DNA from: an uncultured bacterium
GTDB lineage: Bacteria; Hydrogenedentota; Hydrogenedentia; Hydrogenedentales; JAEUWI01
Assembly (NCBI GenBank): GCA_963977445.1
Contig: CAXBPH010000004.1
Span: forward strand, 1,254 to 65,253
Reading direction: 5' to 3'
DNA length: 64,000 bases
The translations under genes were made by a program, and so were the position numbers. Shown here piece by piece: positions 40,178-52,637 of this stretch (position 1 is its first letter; every line of letters begins with the position of its first letter). The notes beneath the pieces were generated by a model that did not search any database, had not been told where the DNA came from, and saw only the letters and a list, made by a program, of their open reading frames with translations.

Positions 40178-40888
40178 ATGAGTTCAACACAAACACTGGC
40201 CGGTCGACTAAGCACGACTGTCGGTAAAGAGCTGATCGTCGGCGTAACCGGCGTTCTTCTGGTAGGTTTTATCCTGGCCCATTTGGTGGGAAATCTACTG
40301 CTTATCGTGGGCCCCGAGGCCTTTAACCACTATGCAGCGCAGCTGAACAATCTGGGCGAATTGCTCTGGGTGGCCCGTATTGGTCTAATCGTCACCTTTG
40401 TCGCCCACATCAGCATGGCCATATCGCTTTCCCGTGCCAGCGCAGCGGCCCGGGGGACCCAGCGCTATGAGGTGGAGAAGTCGGTGGGTCGCAAAACGGC
40501 GGCAACCCGACTCATGCTCATCAGCGGTGTTACCATCCTTTGCTTCGTGCTCTTCCACATCTATGATTTCACCATTACCGGCGACCGGGAAGGTGACCGC
40601 TCCTTCATCGATGCCATCAGCGATACCGAAAGCATGGGTCTTTACGGCGTCGTCTTTAACTCCTTCGCCAATCCCCTTCGCTCCCTGTTTTACATCATCG
40701 CCGTTTGCGGCGTGGGTCTCCATCTGAGCCACGCCATTTCAAGTGTGGTTGTGACGTTGGGAATATTGACAGAGAAAAGCACCGACAAGGCCGAACTGGC
40801 CGCCAAAGTCATCGGCCTCATTGTTGCCGTTGGCTTTTCGTCCATTCCGCTTTATGTGTTGTTACGCGCCCACGTGATAGGAGTCTAG
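40178..40888 (+). CDS. sdhC: succinate dehydrogenase / fumarate reductase cytochrome b subunit (single-subunit type B anchor)
   Basis: 236 aa with 5 TM helices and conserved His ligands. First gene of sdhCAB. AATGGAGG RBS. Confidence 0.85.
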   Translation: MSSTQTLAGRLSTTVGKELIVGVTGVLLVGFILAHLVGNLLLIVGPEAFNHYAAQLNNLGELLWVARIGLIVTFVAHISMAISLSRASAAARGTQRYEVEKSVGRKTAATRLMLISGVTILCFVLFHIYDFTITGDREGDRSFIDAISDTESMGLYGVVFNSFANPLRSLFYIIAVCGVGLHLSHAISSVVVTLGILTEKSTDKAELAAKVIGLIVAVGFSSIPLYVLLRAHVIGV

Positions 40889-40892
40889 CCTT

Positions 40893-42802
<1,910 letters not shown>

Positions 42803-42803
<1 letters not shown>

Positions 42804-43564
42804 TGGCCGGAAATACCATTAACGTGACCTTGAAGGTCTGGCGTCAGGCAGACGAACACGCCCGTGGTGCCTTTGCATCCTACAGCGTAAAGAACATTTC
42901 GACCGACGCCTCTTTCCTCGAAATGCTGGATGTGGTGAATACCGGGCTCGAAAAAGAAGACAAAGAACCCATCGTATTCGACCACGACTGTCGCGAAGGT
43001 ATCTGCGGCATGTGTGGTGCTGTCGTCAATGGCGTTGCCCACGGACCCCAGTCCGCCACGACCCTGTGCCAGCTTCACATGCGCAAATTTAAGGACGGCG
43101 ACACCATCGTGCTCGAACCGTGGCGTTCGGCGGCCTTCCCGGTGATTAAAGACCTCGCCGTCGATCGTACTTCCTTCGACCGCATCATCCAGGCCGGCGG
43201 CTTTATTTCCGTGAAGACCGGTCAGGCCCCCGATGCCCATGCGATGCCCGTATCCAAGGTCAACGCCGACGCCGCCATGGATGCCGCCTCCTGCATTGGC
43301 TGCGGTGCCTGTGTCGCCGCCTGTCCTAACGCCTCCGCCAGTCTCTTCACGGCTGCCAAAATAATCCAGTTTGCCGAATTGCCCCAAGGCGACCCAGAGC
43401 GTCGGCGGCGCGTTATTGCCATGGTTGACCAGATGGACCACGAAGGTTTCGGAAGTTGCTCGAAACACTACGAGTGTGAAGCAGCCTGCCCGAAGGAAAT
43501 CAAAGTCGAAAATATCACCAAGATGAATCGAGAATATATGCGGGCGTTGGTCACCCGCGACTGA
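42803..43564 (+). CDS. sdhB: succinate dehydrogenase iron-sulfur subunit
   Basis: 2Fe-2S ([10 protein letters not shown]), 4Fe-4S and 3Fe-4S ([12 protein letters not shown] …C…) cysteine clusters. Confidence 0.92.
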
Positions 43565-43590
43565 GAGACCTGACAGCGAGTCCTACCCAA

Positions 43591-43622
43591 CCTGCGTGCA
43601 CCATGACACGCAGGTTTTTTTT
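43591..43622 (+). terminator. rho-independent terminator of sdhCAB
   Basis: cctgcgtg-caccatga-cacgcagg followed by T8. The ATG at 43603 of the track ORF lies inside the loop. Confidence 0.65.
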
Positions 43623-43824
43623 ATGCCCCGGTGTTTCGAATGACTGGGCGCACCCAGCGGGCCAACCCGGAACCAAAATTCGTCGGTGTCGAACGTACTA
43701 TACATTCGTGGGTCAGTATGCGCATAATAATGTCAGAGGTGTCGAAATTGCGTTTGCCTGGCAGCAAGGTAGTCACGGCGTAGTCGATTCCAGGCGGGGA
43801 GCCTTTGTCTTGTTGGTCAGTGGG

Positions 43825-45984
43825 TTGGAGACAGATAAGTATCACGTGCTCCGAGAGCTCGGACACGGCGGGATGGGTGTGGTCTATCTGGCGGAAGACC
43901 AACGGTTAAAACGCCAGGTTGCTCTGAAAGTCCTCTACGAGCATCTCAATCGAGATGCGGCCTTTGTGAAACGATTCCAGGAAGAAGCCCGCTCCGTTTC
44001 CTCCCTGCACCACCCCAACATCGTATGTGTCCATGGCCTGGAGCAGGCCAATAATGTCGTCGCCATCGACATGGAATACGTAGAGGGGGACTCCCTCGAC
44101 AAACTCATCCTATCCGCACAGATTAGTCCCCACACCGCCGTAGGGATAGCACGAGATGTGTTGAGCGGCCTGGTTACCTGCCACGACATTGGCATTGTCC
44201 ATCGCGATATTAAACCCAGCAATATCCTCATACATACGGAGGGTGTAGCCAAACTCACTGATTTTGGCCTCGCGACCGCCTACGCCTCCCACGTGGAAGA
44301 CTCCGTCCGGGGCAATGCATCGTCGGGCTTTTATATGGGTACGCCCCGATACATGCCCACCGCCGCCTGGGAGGGAGGCCGTCCACAGCCCTGTTGGGAT
44401 ATGTATTCCTTTGGGCTCGTCTTCTACGAAATGCTGACCGGGCGGATCGTGTTTGAGGGTGAAAGCCCGATGGCGATCGTGAAAAAACATTTTGCGGAGC
44501 CCGTTCCCGAGCTCAGCCACGTGCTCGACGTTGCCTCACCCCAGTTGGTCGCGGTGTTGGAAGCCATGCTCAAGGCGACCCATGGCGGTGAGCATGAGTT
44601 CAGCAGCCTCACGGCCCTCGCCGCACTAGAGGAGACGCCGGAGTGCCAGGAGCTCCGGGCAAGCAACAGCGCGACGACCCTGACCTTGCCGCCGCCGCGG
44701 CGAAGAAAAAGACCAACGCAGATCGCGACGACACGGCGTCGAAAAACGGTGGCCGGAATCGCAGCGGGACTTGTGCTAGCCTTTGTGCTTGTAGTGGCCT
44801 CCCGTTTCTTTCGCGATACGGAGCCACCACCCACGATTCCCGAGCCCGTCGTAGCCCCCGTGACAGAAGTCACCACACTGCAGACCATGAGCAACGGAAC
44901 CCTGTTTATGGAAGGTGAATTGGTCGATACCCTGGGCAATTTTATCCAAGGCTCCTGGTGCATTACGGTAAACGAAGATGGCGATCCGGATACGCTCATC
45001 GGCTTCACCGAACAGGGGCTATGGTTTGTCGAGACGAGCGAAAAAAAGAAAAGCAGTGCCTGGTTGATACGTGGTGGTTGGGCGCGAAACGTATCTGTCC
45101 AGCGGGGAAGCATTCAGTTTGGGAGTCTTACCGGCACCTTGTTGTGGAAAAAAGAACATGCGCCAATTTCCATGACCATGTCTATTGAGTGCAACAATAG
45201 TCGCACCAACGGAAAAACCCAATATAATCTTGCCCTGTGGCCCCAGGGCGAGGGTTTCCGCGCTACGGACTACAGCTATGCCCTCGAATCCAGCGGACCT
45301 CTGATGGCGCTGCTCTACAGCCAATTGCTTCCCCGCGACCTGGTATGGCCCGAACGAATCGAAGCCTTGTTACCCGCATTGTCTCCAGGACGGCTTTATG
45401 CCCCCTATGCCAGTACGGACGAAATAACAGTGGACGGTCTATTGAACGAAGCGATCTGGCGTGCTCAATACTTTGGCCCGTCGGGACCGATAGGGAGTCT
45501 GCCACCCCAGATGCCACCCCGGGGTGCCACGTTGCAAGTTCGATGGGATGGTGCTCAACTCGTGTTGGCCTCGCAGTTGACCCGGTCTGAACCCAACCCG
45601 CAATTTGAACTGTTCGTTATGCCCGTGTTGGAGCGTTCCCACGATCAGTCTCCACGCTACGATGTCACCATAAGCGAACAGGGTATCGTGCAACGTCGCT
45701 ATTTTGAAGGGAACCGTCAGCTTCCCTGGCAGTCCACCTGGAATTTCGACTGGCAGTGTCGCGTCGCTCCCAATGAAAAAGAAAACACGGTTGAGATCCT
45801 GATTCCACTGAATGACATGGAAGAAATAGCACGCCCGACAGCGGGAAAGCGGTGGCGCTTTAACGCCCAATGGACCCGTGAAGAAGCCGACGGAACCCGA
45901 ACGGTGGTCGCTCGCTGGGGTGATGAACAGTTCGAGCAAACGGAACATGGCGCGTTGATTATTTTCGAGGAGGAAACACCGTGA
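43825..45984 (+). CDS. transmembrane receptor-type Hanks Ser/Thr protein kinase (paralog 1) with an extracytoplasmic C-terminal domain
   Basis: Start is uncertain. TTG ~43825 gives M-ETDKYHVLRELGHGGMGVVYLAEDQRLKRQVALKVL, parallel to paralog 2. HRDIKPSNIL and GTPRYMP motifs are present, then a TM helix (VAGIAAGLVLAFVLVVA) followed by a roughly 390-aa external domain. Confidence 0.8.
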   Translation: METDKYHVLRELGHGGMGVVYLAEDQRLKRQVALKVLYEHLNRDAAFVKRFQEEARSVSSLHHPNIVCVHGLEQANNVVAIDMEYVEGDSLDKLILSAQISPHTAVGIARDVLSGLVTCHDIGIVHRDIKPSNILIHTEGVAKLTDFGLATAYASHVEDSVRGNASSGFYMGTPRYMPTAAWEGGRPQPCWDMYSFGLVFYEMLTGRIVFEGESPMAIVKKHFAEPVPELSHVLDVASPQLVAVLEAMLKATHGGEHEFSSLTALAALEETPECQELRASNSATTLTLPPPRRRKRPTQIATTRRRKTVAGIAAGLVLAFVLVVASRFFRDTEPPPTIPEPVVAPVTEVTTLQTMSNGTLFMEGELVDTLGNFIQGSWCITVNEDGDPDTLIGFTEQGLWFVETSEKKKSSAWLIRGGWARNVSVQRGSIQFGSLTGTLLWKKEHAPISMTMSIECNNSRTNGKTQYNLALWPQGEGFRATDYSYALESSGPLMALLYSQLLPRDLVWPERIEALLPALSPGRLYAPYASTDEITVDGLLNEAIWRAQYFGPSGPIGSLPPQMPPRGATLQVRWDGAQLVLASQLTRSEPNPQFELFVMPVLERSHDQSPRYDVTISEQGIVQRRYFEGNRQLPWQSTWNFDWQCRVAPNEKENTVEILIPLNDMEEIARPTAGKRWRFNAQWTREEADGTRTVVARWGDEQFEQTEHGALIIFEEETP

Positions 45985-48152
45985 CCGGAATGGAACGATC
46001 GTTTATCTGCCTTGTACTGGTCCTGTGCAGTGCAACGGCCAAGGCACAGGAAAGCGGTTTTAAACCCCTGTCTTCGAATCCGGAAGAGCTATACGTGTTC
46101 AAGGATTACCTCTATTTTACCGCGGAAGACGGGGAGCACGGCCGGGAATTATGGCGCATTTCCGTTCCCGATGGCCTTCCAGAGCTCATCAAAGACGCGA
46201 CTCCCGGGGCAGAAGGCAGCGAGCTCGACCATTTCTACGGCTTCAACGATACCTTGTATTTCCGACGCAAGGACCCGGTCTATGGCGGTGAGCTATGGTC
46301 GAGCGATGGGATACCCGGCGGGAAGACCGAACGGATAAAACGATTCAACGACGTACCCAGTGACGGAGGATTTTTTAGTGTCCTCGGCCATGTGGGGGAC
46401 ACCGTTCTGCTGGGTGTTGGTACGGATATCGGTAGTCGGAGTGTATGGCGCACCGACGGAACCACCGAGGGCACCACGGATTTTTTTGAGCGCAGTACGG
46501 GGTCGTTTCAATCTACCACGCAACTAGGAATGCAATGGGGAGAGAAGCTCTTGTTGGGGGCCTCGGGAAACAGCAATGACAAGTCGAACAGCGGTCTATG
46601 CATTACCGACGGCACCATGGAAGGGACAACGTACCTCACCCAGATGGACAAGGGTATCGCGCTCATAACCCGTCTCGGCGAGAAAGGTATCCTATTCACG
46701 GGAAAAACGGAAGAACTGGGGCAGGAACTCTGGTTTACGGCCGGGACGCCGGAGACTACCCGCCTGCTGAAAGACATTTACCCGGGGCCCGATTCATCCG
46801 ATGTCGCCGATGGCGTTTGTTACTACGATCCCCTCGGAAACCGTGAGCCTATCGCCTATTTCCGGGCGATCAACCCCGTATCCGGTGCAGAATTGTGGCA
46901 GTCGGACGGCACCCCCGAGGGCACCCGACTCGCATTCGATATTGCCCCCGGTACCGCCAGCAGTTCCCCCTACCAGTTGAGCACATCGTCGGACGGAATA
47001 TTTTTCAACGCGAACACCAAGGAAACGGGTACAGAACTGTTTTTTCTATCGCTGTCCGGCGAGCCTTCCTATGCCCTGGTCAAGGATATTAAGCCTGGTT
47101 TTCGATCGTCAGATCCCTATGCCCATCTGGTGCCCGGCGGAGGAGGTGCGCTCTATTTCAGCGCTGACGGAACCCTCGGTGAAGAGTTCTGGGTTTCCAG
47201 CGGGACCGAAGACACCACCCAGATGCTCGTGGATATGGTTGAAGGACCGGGAAGTTCTTTTCCGAACTATACGACGGCCATTGGCAGTTATATCGTTTTC
47301 GCGGCGACACACCCCATCTACGGTCGGGAACTCTGGTATACGTCCAAAAAAGACAGCGTCCATCTCTTATGCGATATCTATGCAGACCACAGTGAAAACC
47401 CTTCGTCTTCGCCCACCTGGCTTACCCCACTCGGCGATAGACTTCTTTTCGTGGCCGACGATGTGGCGCACGGCAGAGAGCTATGGGCCACAGAAGGGGC
47501 CGATGGAGACGCCGAGCTGGTGATGGATATCTATCCCGGTAGAATTGGAAGCCAGCCGGAAGAGCTTACCGTCGTCGGTGACCTCGTCTACTTCGCCGCC
47601 GACGCGCCCGAGACGGGGACAGAGCTCTATGTGAGCGATGGTACTCCGACCGGTACGTCCATGGTACAGGATATTTGTCCGAATGAGCTCAGCTCAGGAC
47701 CGAAGCATCTTTTCGCCTGGAGGGGGATCTTGTTGTTCAGCGCCTTCCGCCCCTATGACGGCGAAGAGTTGTGGGCCGTTTGGCCTGGAAGAAAGGTCGC
47801 TATTGTCGCCAATATTCGTCCGGGGAGTGAATCCAGTTTACCCTCGAACTTTGTTGCCTGGAAAGAACACGTTTACTTCCAGGCGAATGATGGTACCAAG
47901 GGCGCGGAGCTATGGCGAACCGATGGCACCAGAGAAGGAACCACACTGGTTGAAGATGTGGTCCCGGTACCCTATGAAAAGCTTTCGGTCACGTCCATGG
48001 TGCCCCTGCACAACCGCCTGTTTCTTTCTGCCCACACCGAGACCTTTGGGCATGAGCTCTGGTCCATCGACGAGGAGGGGAAGGGTTTCTCCCTGGTGGA
48101 TGATATAGCCACCCGAGCCCATACACGGATATTTAAAAAACACTCGAAATAA
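45981..48152 (+). CDS. secreted ELWxxDGT-repeat protein (paralog 1)
   Basis: Signal peptide. About 14 tandem ~48-aa repeats carrying 'G.ELW.SDGT..GT..V.DI.PG…SS.P'. Overlaps the kinase stop by 4 nt (ATGA). Confidence 0.8.
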   Translation: MTGMERSFICLVLVLCSATAKAQESGFKPLSSNPEELYVFKDYLYFTAEDGEHGRELWRISVPDGLPELIKDATPGAEGSELDHFYGFNDTLYFRRKDPVYGGELWSSDGIPGGKTERIKRFNDVPSDGGFFSVLGHVGDTVLLGVGTDIGSRSVWRTDGTTEGTTDFFERSTGSFQSTTQLGMQWGEKLLLGASGNSNDKSNSGLCITDGTMEGTTYLTQMDKGIALITRLGEKGILFTGKTEELGQELWFTAGTPETTRLLKDIYPGPDSSDVADGVCYYDPLGNREPIAYFRAINPVSGAELWQSDGTPEGTRLAFDIAPGTASSSPYQLSTSSDGIFFNANTKETGTELFFLSLSGEPSYALVKDIKPGFRSSDPYAHLVPGGGGALYFSADGTLGEEFWVSSGTEDTTQMLVDMVEGPGSSFPNYTTAIGSYIVFAATHPIYGRELWYTSKKDSVHLLCDIYADHSENPSSSPTWLTPLGDRLLFVADDVAHGRELWATEGADGDAELVMDIYPGRIGSQPEELTVVGDLVYFAADAPETGTELYVSDGTPTGTSMVQDICPNELSSGPKHLFAWRGILLFSAFRPYDGEELWAVWPGRKVAIVANIRPGSESSLPSNFVAWKEHVYFQANDGTKGAELWRTDGTREGTTLVEDVVPVPYEKLSVTSMVPLHNRLFLSAHTETFGHELWSIDEEGKGFSLVDDIATRAHTRIFKKHSK

Positions 48153-48256
48153 GCTACTGTACAGGTGAGATATAACGTTTCTTGATGGGGTATGCCGAAG
48201 AGACGAGTTCGGGAGGACTTGGAATTCTTCGAGCCGCCACTTGAGGTCGGGTTTCT

Positions 48257-50368
48257 ATGAATTCAATAGAGAGCGCACTCGAATCAGAAAAGTACCACGT
48301 TATTCGGGAATTGGGACGGGGGGGGATGGGTGTGGTCTACCTGGCCGAAGATCGCCTTCTCAAGCGCCAGGTTGCCTTGAAAGTTCTCTATGAACACCTC
48401 AACCGGGAGTCCACCTTCGTCGAGCGCTTCCAGGAGGAAGCCCGCTCCGTATCCACCTTGCACCATCCCAACATTGTCTGCGTTCACGGCCTCGAGCGCG
48501 CCAACGCGGTGGTTGCCATCGATATGGAGTATGTAGACGGTCAATCTCTTGATCGTATCGTGGCCGAGGGGCCCGTCTCACCCCACGTCGCAATAGCCAT
48601 TGCCCGGGATGTGTTGAGCGGCCTCGTGATATGCCATGACATTGGCCTGATCCACCGCGATATTAAGCCGAGCAACATTCTCATCCATCGTGATGGGACG
48701 GCAAAACTGACCGACTTTGGACTCGCAACAGCCTACGCAACGCACCTTGAAAGTACCGTCCGCGGGAACACCTCGTCCAACTTCTACATGGGCACACCCC
48801 GATATATGCCGGTGGCGGCGTGGGAGGGGGGAACTCCCTTACCCACATGGGACCTCTACTCCTTCGGCGTTGTTCTCTATGAGCTTCTTTCCGGTGAAGT
48901 GGCCTATCCGGGGGACAATCCCATGGCCATTATGAAGAAGCATCTTACTGAGCCCCTTCCCTCCCTGCGTACCGTTACCGAGGGCTTGTCTGGAGAACTC
49001 ACCGACATCGTCGATGGTCTGATTCAAGTCATACATGCCGAATCCCCCATGGACACAAACGAGTTTCTGGAGGCGTTACGGGGGACTCCCGAGTTTGCCG
49101 AGTTGAAGGAAAGCAATGCGGTCGCGACCGTGCCTGTGCCACGCCGTCGTTACCATCGGAAAAGTAATGTCCCAAGAGGGGGGCGTCGGAACTTCGCCTA
49201 TGGGGCGGTGCTCATGGCCGGCATCGCCCTCCTTAGCGTTGTCCTGTGGAATCGTGTCGAAGCACCCGTAGTCGACGACAATATTACGACCTTATTCCCC
49301 GTCTCCCAGGGCATACGGATTACTGCGAGTGCCGTTGGTGCAACTTCAGAAACCGAAGACTGGTTGATGAGCTTTGATACGGACGAAAATGAACTGACCA
49401 TCCTCGGCCATTCGGAAACGGTTCTGACGCACATGACAGCGACATCAACGGGCGACGGAAATTGGGCGCTTTCGGGAGGGTGGGCCCAAACCATTCTTCC
49501 CCAGTCGGGAAGCTTCCAGTTAGGTCCGGTGAATGGATTTCTTCATTGGGAGAATGGGGCCGATACCTTGCACGCCAATATTGAGCGCATTCGGGAGCGG
49601 GACTATGAGTCGAGCAAATTGTCCTTTGTAGGAAAAGTAACGTCTTCGAAGGCTCCGAACTACGAATTTTTCTATGCGCTGGAATCGAATACACACCTGC
49701 AATCCATGCTCTACAACGAGTTGATTCCCAGGGCGTCTTCCTGGGCCATGGGAATAGAGTCCATGTATCCCGCCCTGGAACACTCCCGATACGACATTCC
49801 CTTCACGCAAGATGAAGTTACGATCGACGGTATATTGGATGAGAAGGTGTGGAACAAACAATACTATCGACGTTCCGGAGGAGACATAGGCGACCTGAGT
49901 CCCTTTGCACCCAGAGTAGGACCCGTCCTGCAGGTTCGATGGGACGACACGGGTGTACGCATGGCCACACGACTGCCTTCCGCCCAACCAGACGCCATCT
50001 TTGAGATTGCGATACAGCCCGATTTCGAAATTTCCCTGCAGGAATCGGGGGTTTTTCAATATCGAATAGCCGCAGACAATACCAGCGCACTCCACTATCT
50101 TCAAGGTGGGGTGAACGAGCCCATAAACTATAGCTGGAATGGCGCCGCGAAAGTTGATAGCGACTCGCGGAGCGTGGAGATAGAAATTCCCCGAAGCATG
50201 CTCAGCGAGGAAGCGGCTGTTAATCATCACAGACGATGGCGGGTCAATGCACAGTGGTTTCTGGAGCTGCCCAATGGAGAACGGGAGATTTTGGCGCGTT
50301 GGGGCGACGAACGCATCACCGAACTGGCACATGGAGCGCTCTTTGTGTTTACACGTGACGTAAAATAA
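48257..50368 (+). CDS. transmembrane receptor-type Hanks Ser/Thr protein kinase (paralog 2)
   Basis: ATG start. The kinase domain is highly similar to 43825..45984 (EKYHVIRELGRGGMGVVYLAEDRLLKRQVALKVLYEHLNRE…). TM helix and an external domain ending '…ARWGDERITELAHGALFVFTRDVK'. Confidence 0.85.
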   Translation: MNSIESALESEKYHVIRELGRGGMGVVYLAEDRLLKRQVALKVLYEHLNRESTFVERFQEEARSVSTLHHPNIVCVHGLERANAVVAIDMEYVDGQSLDRIVAEGPVSPHVAIAIARDVLSGLVICHDIGLIHRDIKPSNILIHRDGTAKLTDFGLATAYATHLESTVRGNTSSNFYMGTPRYMPVAAWEGGTPLPTWDLYSFGVVLYELLSGEVAYPGDNPMAIMKKHLTEPLPSLRTVTEGLSGELTDIVDGLIQVIHAESPMDTNEFLEALRGTPEFAELKESNAVATVPVPRRRYHRKSNVPRGGRRNFAYGAVLMAGIALLSVVLWNRVEAPVVDDNITTLFPVSQGIRITASAVGATSETEDWLMSFDTDENELTILGHSETVLTHMTATSTGDGNWALSGGWAQTILPQSGSFQLGPVNGFLHWENGADTLHANIERIRERDYESSKLSFVGKVTSSKAPNYEFFYALESNTHLQSMLYNELIPRASSWAMGIESMYPALEHSRYDIPFTQDEVTIDGILDEKVWNKQYYRRSGGDIGDLSPFAPRVGPVLQVRWDDTGVRMATRLPSAQPDAIFEIAIQPDFEISLQESGVFQYRIAADNTSALHYLQGGVNEPINYSWNGAAKVDSDSRSVEIEIPRSMLSEEAAVNHHRRWRVNAQWFLELPNGEREILARWGDERITELAHGALFVFTRDVK

Positions 50369-50417
50369 ATCAAACAGGCGTCTCCATAGAAGTAAAGACG
50401 TCCAGGAGGCAATCGGT

Positions 50418-52592
50418 ATGCTCCGGATCAACTTAGGGAAGAGACTGTTTCGATTGGCGTCCCTTGTTGGGCTCGTGGTCGTAGCCGTGCCCGGTGTGGC
50501 GAAGCCCGGCATCTTCGAGCCCCTTTCCTCTAATCCCGAGGGGCTGACAGAGATGGGCGGTTTCGTCTATTTCAGTGCCGATGACGGACGTATAGGTCGG
50601 GAGTTATGGCGGACCGATCTGGAGGGCAATGCCAAGCCCATCAAGGATATTACGCCGGGGAAGGAAGGCTCAGATATCAGCCGCTTCCATGTCTTCAACG
50701 GTACCCTGTATTTTCGATATCGTCCAAAGGACGATGTCGCGGAACTCTGGCAAAGTGACGGCACCGCTCAAGGCACGAAGCGATTCATGCGGTTTGAGTA
50801 CGAGGGCCAGGACCAGGCCGATTCCGTAGCGGATATCGTGGGCAAGTCAGACACCCGATTCTTTATCGCAGTCGGGGAGGATGATAACAGCAAAACACTA
50901 TGGGAAAGTGACGGAACGGCTGCAGGTACCCGGCCGTTGCGCAACGAGGGCGGCCAGATAGCAAACCTTGGTGTGACGTATGAGGTCGGTGTCATCGATA
51001 ACGACGCCTACTTCTGCGGCGGGCGGGATCACAGGGGACTCCACTCTGTGAGACGGACCCTTGGTTCCATGGTGGTTACACTGATGGAGTCCTCGAATGA
51101 GGCGGGTGGATTCTTTGGCATGGACTCCGGTGCAGTGCTCTTTTCTGCGGGCACACCCGAAACCGGGAACGAGTTGTGGATTACCCGTGGAGACCAGGAA
51201 TCGACGGTACGGGTTAAGGATATTTATACGGGCACGGAATCCTCAGACCCCCAATACTTCCACCATTTTTTGCCAGAGAAAGAAAGTCTATTGCTCTTCG
51301 TCGCGACGGACGCCGAGACGGGACGGGAAATCTGGCAGACAGATGGCACGAAGGAAGGGACTACGCTCGTGTATGACGTGGTGCCAGGAGCGGGCTCTTC
51401 TAATCCGTATCATCTGTATTCCAAAGGGGGCGCACTCTACTTTATCGCCATAGACGAGAGTCGTGGCAAGGAAGTATGGGCGACCCAGTTTCCCGAGCCC
51501 CCTGTAGCATTGAGCGATGTGAATCCCGGACCACGAAGCAGTGAGCCCTATAACCTGCTTCTTCATCCACATTCTGGATTCTATTTCAGCGCCACGGATG
51601 GTGAGGGGGATGAGGAATTGTGGTTCATCTCGGACGCCCTCTTGCCAGCAGTCCGTGTTGCAGACATCAACCCGGGCCCCCAACCGTCCTATCCAGATTA
51701 TGCCGTGCTGGTCGGGGGAGAAATCGTCTTCGCCGCCACCAGTGCGGTGGAAGGGCGGGAGCTTTGGATAGTGCGCAGTGACCGTTCTCTGGAACTTCTC
51801 GCTGACATTCATACCGACGATAGCGTGAACCCCGCATCGAACCCCCGGGACCTCACGCCGACCGACTTTGGCCTCTTTTTCGTGGCCAATGACATCCGTA
51901 ACGGCGCAGAACTCTGGGTGACCGATGGAACGGACCGTGGAACGGTCATGGTTAAGGATATTTTTCCCGGTCGCGCCAGCAGCAATCCCCACGAGCTCAC
52001 CCCTTCGGGCGGACTACTTTATTTTGTGGCGGAGGATCCGATCGGGGGAATTCAACTCTGGCGTAGCGATGGTACGACGCTGGGGACCACGATGTGCCGT
52101 CAAATAGCGGACAGCGCGTCGGCAAGAGTGTCGGGTCTTACCGCCTTCAAGGATGGGGTTATATTTTGTGCCTACCGCCCCCTGGAAGGAGAGGAACTCT
52201 GGATTGTGCGCCCGGGGAAGGAACCCGACATTCTAAAAGACATCAATGGTGGTCCCGGCTCAAGTAAGCCCCGGGACCTGGTGTATTGGAAGGGGCACGT
52301 GTATTTCCATGCGGATGATGGCGTTCACGGGGAAGAGCTCTGGCGTACCGACGGCACCAAAGACGGAACAGTCATGGTCAAGGATGTGGTGAATGCCCCG
52401 GTCGAGCAGATTAGTGCCTTCTCCGGGGGCGTTGGAGACGAGTACTTCTATTTCGCCGCAGCCGTGAATGGCCAGGGAGCGGAACTCTGGCGACTCAGCC
52501 AGGATGGGACGGATCTTTCACTGGTGTCCGATATCGCTCGCCGTTCCGTCTATGATGTTCGCGGTTCGAATAGTCAGGTGCCGAAGCCGTAG
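50418..52592 (+). CDS. secreted ELWxxDGT-repeat protein (paralog 2)
   Basis: AGGAGG RBS. Signal peptide. Same repeat architecture ('FEPLSSNPEGL…GRELWRTD…AELWQSDGTAQGT…'). Confidence 0.8.
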   Translation: MLRINLGKRLFRLASLVGLVVVAVPGVAKPGIFEPLSSNPEGLTEMGGFVYFSADDGRIGRELWRTDLEGNAKPIKDITPGKEGSDISRFHVFNGTLYFRYRPKDDVAELWQSDGTAQGTKRFMRFEYEGQDQADSVADIVGKSDTRFFIAVGEDDNSKTLWESDGTAAGTRPLRNEGGQIANLGVTYEVGVIDNDAYFCGGRDHRGLHSVRRTLGSMVVTLMESSNEAGGFFGMDSGAVLFSAGTPETGNELWITRGDQESTVRVKDIYTGTESSDPQYFHHFLPEKESLLLFVATDAETGREIWQTDGTKEGTTLVYDVVPGAGSSNPYHLYSKGGALYFIAIDESRGKEVWATQFPEPPVALSDVNPGPRSSEPYNLLLHPHSGFYFSATDGEGDEELWFISDALLPAVRVADINPGPQPSYPDYAVLVGGEIVFAATSAVEGRELWIVRSDRSLELLADIHTDDSVNPASNPRDLTPTDFGLFFVANDIRNGAELWVTDGTDRGTVMVKDIFPGRASSNPHELTPSGGLLYFVAEDPIGGIQLWRSDGTTLGTTMCRQIADSASARVSGLTAFKDGVIFCAYRPLEGEELWIVRPGKEPDILKDINGGPGSSKPRDLVYWKGHVYFHADDGVHGEELWRTDGTKDGTVMVKDVVNAPVEQISAFSGGVGDEYFYFAAAVNGQGAELWRLSQDGTDLSLVSDIARRSVYDVRGSNSQVPKP

Positions 52593-52637
52593 TTCCGGGG
52601 CAGATCGGTTTTCATTCCTCGGCCACGGGGTTGGCGC

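Noticed and set aside
43603-43824. ATG start of the track ORF for the first receptor kinase.
   Set aside because: The ATG lies inside the loop of the sdhCAB terminator hairpin, and the encoded 74-aa extension is not protein-like. A TTG near 43825 gives an N-terminus parallel to the paralog.
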